Virus record (IMG/VR): IMGVR_UViG_3300021387_001323
DNA: 42,687 nt
Strand: one strand, 5' to 3'
DNA from: a virus
Shown here: in pieces, positions 40,912 through 42,687 of the stretch
Layout of the letters: every line of letters begins with the position of its first letter
How positions within the stretch are numbered: position 1 is the stretch's first letter
Notes under the pieces: generated by a model
Seen by the model: the letters and a program-made list of their open reading frames with translations, nothing else
Database searches by the model: none
Told to the model about the DNA's origin: nothing
Made by a program: the position numbers and the translations under genes

Positions 40912-42573
40912 TTATTCATCGTCACCGTCTTCGGTGTCGTCATTTTCGTCGTCTTCCTCGTCCAGTTCGTCGTAGTATTCGCCGTCTGTGCAGTATCCGT
41001 ACTTCTCACCGTCCCAGTCGCAAGTGTCAGCCTCTTCGTTGTAGTGCTTGCATCCATCGCACTGGATGTTATCCACATCATTCTCTGTCACTGGCTCAGG
41101 CTTGTCGAAGAGCTCATGGCTTCCGTCTGTGATCTGGCGGAGTTCATCGTCTGACCAGCCAAAACCGAACGGCTCCAGAGCTTTCACGACTGCTGCCATC
41201 TTCCTGATGCTTTCGTCTTTTGCGAGACAGCTCCAGTCGGCCATCTCTATATTTTCAAGCCCTCTCTTGAAGAGGATCAGCATCTGCTGGTCAATCGGGA
41301 GAGCTGCAAAAAGTTTTTCGGCGGTCTCTTTTTCTTCACCTTTGATGGTCCACTTATCTTTTCCGGTGATATAGGAGAGAGCCTCGCCTATACTTACGTA
41401 GGTTTCCAGGGTGAGCAGTGCGCTCCAGATTCCCGGCATTGACTCTTCCGGTTTTATTGCCTCAACGCGGCCGTCGATGATATTCTTGATAAAGTCCATA
41501 ATTTCGGAGACCGCCGCCTTTGTGCGTTCCTTGATCTTTTTCCTTTTCTTTTCTCTTTCTTTCTGTTCTATCTCGTAGGGTGAGAGCTGTCTTTCTGCCT
41601 CTTTCTGCTTTTTTCTTGCCCGGCAGATCTTGAGGCCTCGCCAGCTTTCACTCCAGAAGAGCTCGTCGCCCTCAGCTGCACCCTCGATTCTCAATCGCTT
41701 CGCAGGCTCTTCGCTCAGGTCGATCTCTTTCAAGGTCTCGAAGTTGGTGCCGTAGTCGTTGCGCATCTCGGGTTTTTCCTTGATGCCTCTGGCGTCCAGC
41801 ATCTCAAGCCATACCTTTGCGTGCTCGGCTCTTTTTTCGGCTGTCACTTCCTGCAGGGCTCTTCTGACGAGATCCTGGGAGCTTGTCGCTTCTTTGAGCA
41901 CCTTGTTCCTGGTCTTGATGTTCTTGATCTTCTCCAGCTCGTAGTAGTCCTTGAGGGAGAGCTGGAAGCTGTCGTCTTTTTCCTTTTCCCTGACCACCTT
42001 GCTGTCGAGCTTTGCGATGTTGAGGCGGTGCTGGATGGTAGTGTGGCCGAAGCCGGTCTTTTTCTCGATGGTTTCGATTGTCTCGCCGAGGTCGAGCATC
42101 ATCTGAAAGCCCTGAGCCTGCTCCCAGATCGTCAAGTCATTGCGTTGCATATTCTCTTCAAGCATGATGCCGAGCTGCGTCTTAAATGGGATCCGGGTGA
42201 GGATCCTGCAAGGGAGCTCTTTGATGCCTGCCTGCCTTGCGGCTTCGAGGCGGCGGTTGCCGATCAGCACAAAGTATCGATGCTCGCCCTTGCTGCCGTT
42301 CGGGTTTTCCTCAAAAGGTTCCACCGGGACGTCTGCGTTGTAGTCCTTATCCTTGCCGACCATGATGATGACGGTCAGGTTCTGCATGACGCCGTTCTTT
42401 TTCATAGATTCCACCAGCTCGGTGAGATCTCCGAGGTCTTTTCTCGGGTTCTCCGGGTGATGCTCCAGCTGGCTGGTGTTGATCATGACGATCTTGCTGC
42501 TCTGGTACTCCTGGGCGGTGGTTTCCTCCGCCACGGGTACCGGGTTTTCTGTTTTCTTCTTAGGTCTTGCCAT
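40912..42573 (-). CDS. ParB-like N-terminal domain protein (partition/nuclease-like) with acidic Cys-rich C-terminus
   Basis: ...LEHHPENPRKDLGDLTELVESMKKNGVMQNL...FVLIGNRRLEAARQAG (ParB GxRR box) ...HTH GFGHTTIQHRL. Confidence 0.8.
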   Translation of the reverse strand: MARPKKKTENPVPVAEETTAQEYQSSKIVMINTSQLEHHPENPRKDLGDLTELVESMKKNGVMQNLTVIIMVGKDKDYNADVPVEPFEENPNGSKGEHRYFVLIGNRRLEAARQAGIKELPCRILTRIPFKTQLGIMLEENMQRNDLTIWEQAQGFQMMLDLGETIETIEKKTGFGHTTIQHRLNIAKLDSKVVREKEKDDSFQLSLKDYYELEKIKNIKTRNKVLKEATSSQDLVRRALQEVTAEKRAEHAKVWLEMLDARGIKEKPEMRNDYGTNFETLKEIDLSEEPAKRLRIEGAAEGDELFWSESWRGLKICRARKKQKEAERQLSPYEIEQKEREKKRKKIKERTKAAVSEIMDFIKNIIDGRVEAIKPEESMPGIWSALLTLETYVSIGEALSYITGKDKWTIKGEEKETAEKLFAALPIDQQMLILFKRGLENIEMADWSCLAKDESIRKMAAVVKALEPFGFGWSDDELRQITDGSHELFDKPEPVTENDVDNIQCDGCKHYNEEADTCDWDGEKYGYCTDGEYYDELDEEDDENDDTEDGDDE

Positions 42574-42580
42574 TTTCTTT

Positions 42581-42687
42581 GTCCTCCTTTGTGATTGTGG
42601 GCTCCATTTACGCGGGGACGCTCAGGTCCCCGCATTTGATACTATTGGCGCTTCGCTTTGATAGAGATGCGGAAGCAGACGGGCACG
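42581..42687. repeat. Terminal direct repeat copy 2
   Basis: Identical to 1-107. Confidence 0.9.

Larger units (their letters stand above)
1..42687. mobile_element. Complete temperate phage genome (contractile-tailed, lambda-like head module), circularly permuted assembly
   Basis: Full set of lysogeny, replication, packaging, head, tail and lysis modules; the window ends repeat each other exactly (1-107 = 42581-42687). Confidence 0.9.

Overview
The window is a complete, circularly assembled temperate phage genome. Bases 1-107 are identical to 42581-42687, giving a unique length of 42,580 bp. Strong GGAGG-type ribosome-binding sites (RBS) precede almost every gene, which suggests a Gram-positive (Clostridia-like) host; this is inference only. 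All genes are on the minus strand except a three-gene lysogeny module on the plus strand (7300-9738): a CI-like repressor, an unknown ORF and a large serine integrase.

Gene order, reading the minus strand from the divergent switch at 7113-7299:
- Early/replication operon (7112 down to 62, continuing across the circular junction to 34356). It holds a Cro-like HTH protein, a membrane-anchored SleB-like hydrolase, an ERF annealase, SSB, a replication organizer, a G39P-like helicase loader, two ParB-domain proteins, an HNH endonuclease, RecU, an ASCH protein, two DNA methyltransferases and a sigma-region-4-like late activator.
- Candidate cos region (33261-33506).
- Lambda-type head module: Nu1, gpA, gpW, gpB portal, ClpP-like protease/scaffold, gpD-like decoration protein and gpE-like capsid protein.
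- P2/Mu-type contractile tail and baseplate: sheath, tube, chaperone, tape measure, X, D, V, W, J, I and tail fibre.
- A diversity-generating retroelement (DGR).
- A PBSX-like lysis cassette: XhlA-like protein, holin, amidase-SH3 endolysin and an LL-H-like holin.

The main result is the DGR.
- A 127-bp template repeat (TR, 13514-13640) sits between an Avd-like gene and a YMDD reverse transcriptase (RT).
- The TR matches two variable repeats. VR1 lies at the 3' end of the tail-fibre gene: 18 differences, all at TR adenines. VR2 lies 13.3 kb away at the 3' end of a 260-aa non-structural gene in the early operon: 21 differences, 20 at TR adenines.
- Both variable repeats are followed by a homologous flank carrying a hairpin with two compensatory base-pair changes.

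Other points:
- A Dam-like methyltransferase is interrupted at a G9 tract.
- Five phased 10-bp repeats lie with an extended -10 and a terminator in front of the late genes.
- A lambda-like GGCGGCGACC motif lies in the candidate cos region.
- 18-bp tandem repeats lie inside the replication-organizer gene.
- A -1 frameshift is likely in the tail chaperone.
- No tRNA, rRNA or CRISPR array was recognised.

All functional calls rest on motif recognition and gene order by eye. No database search was run.
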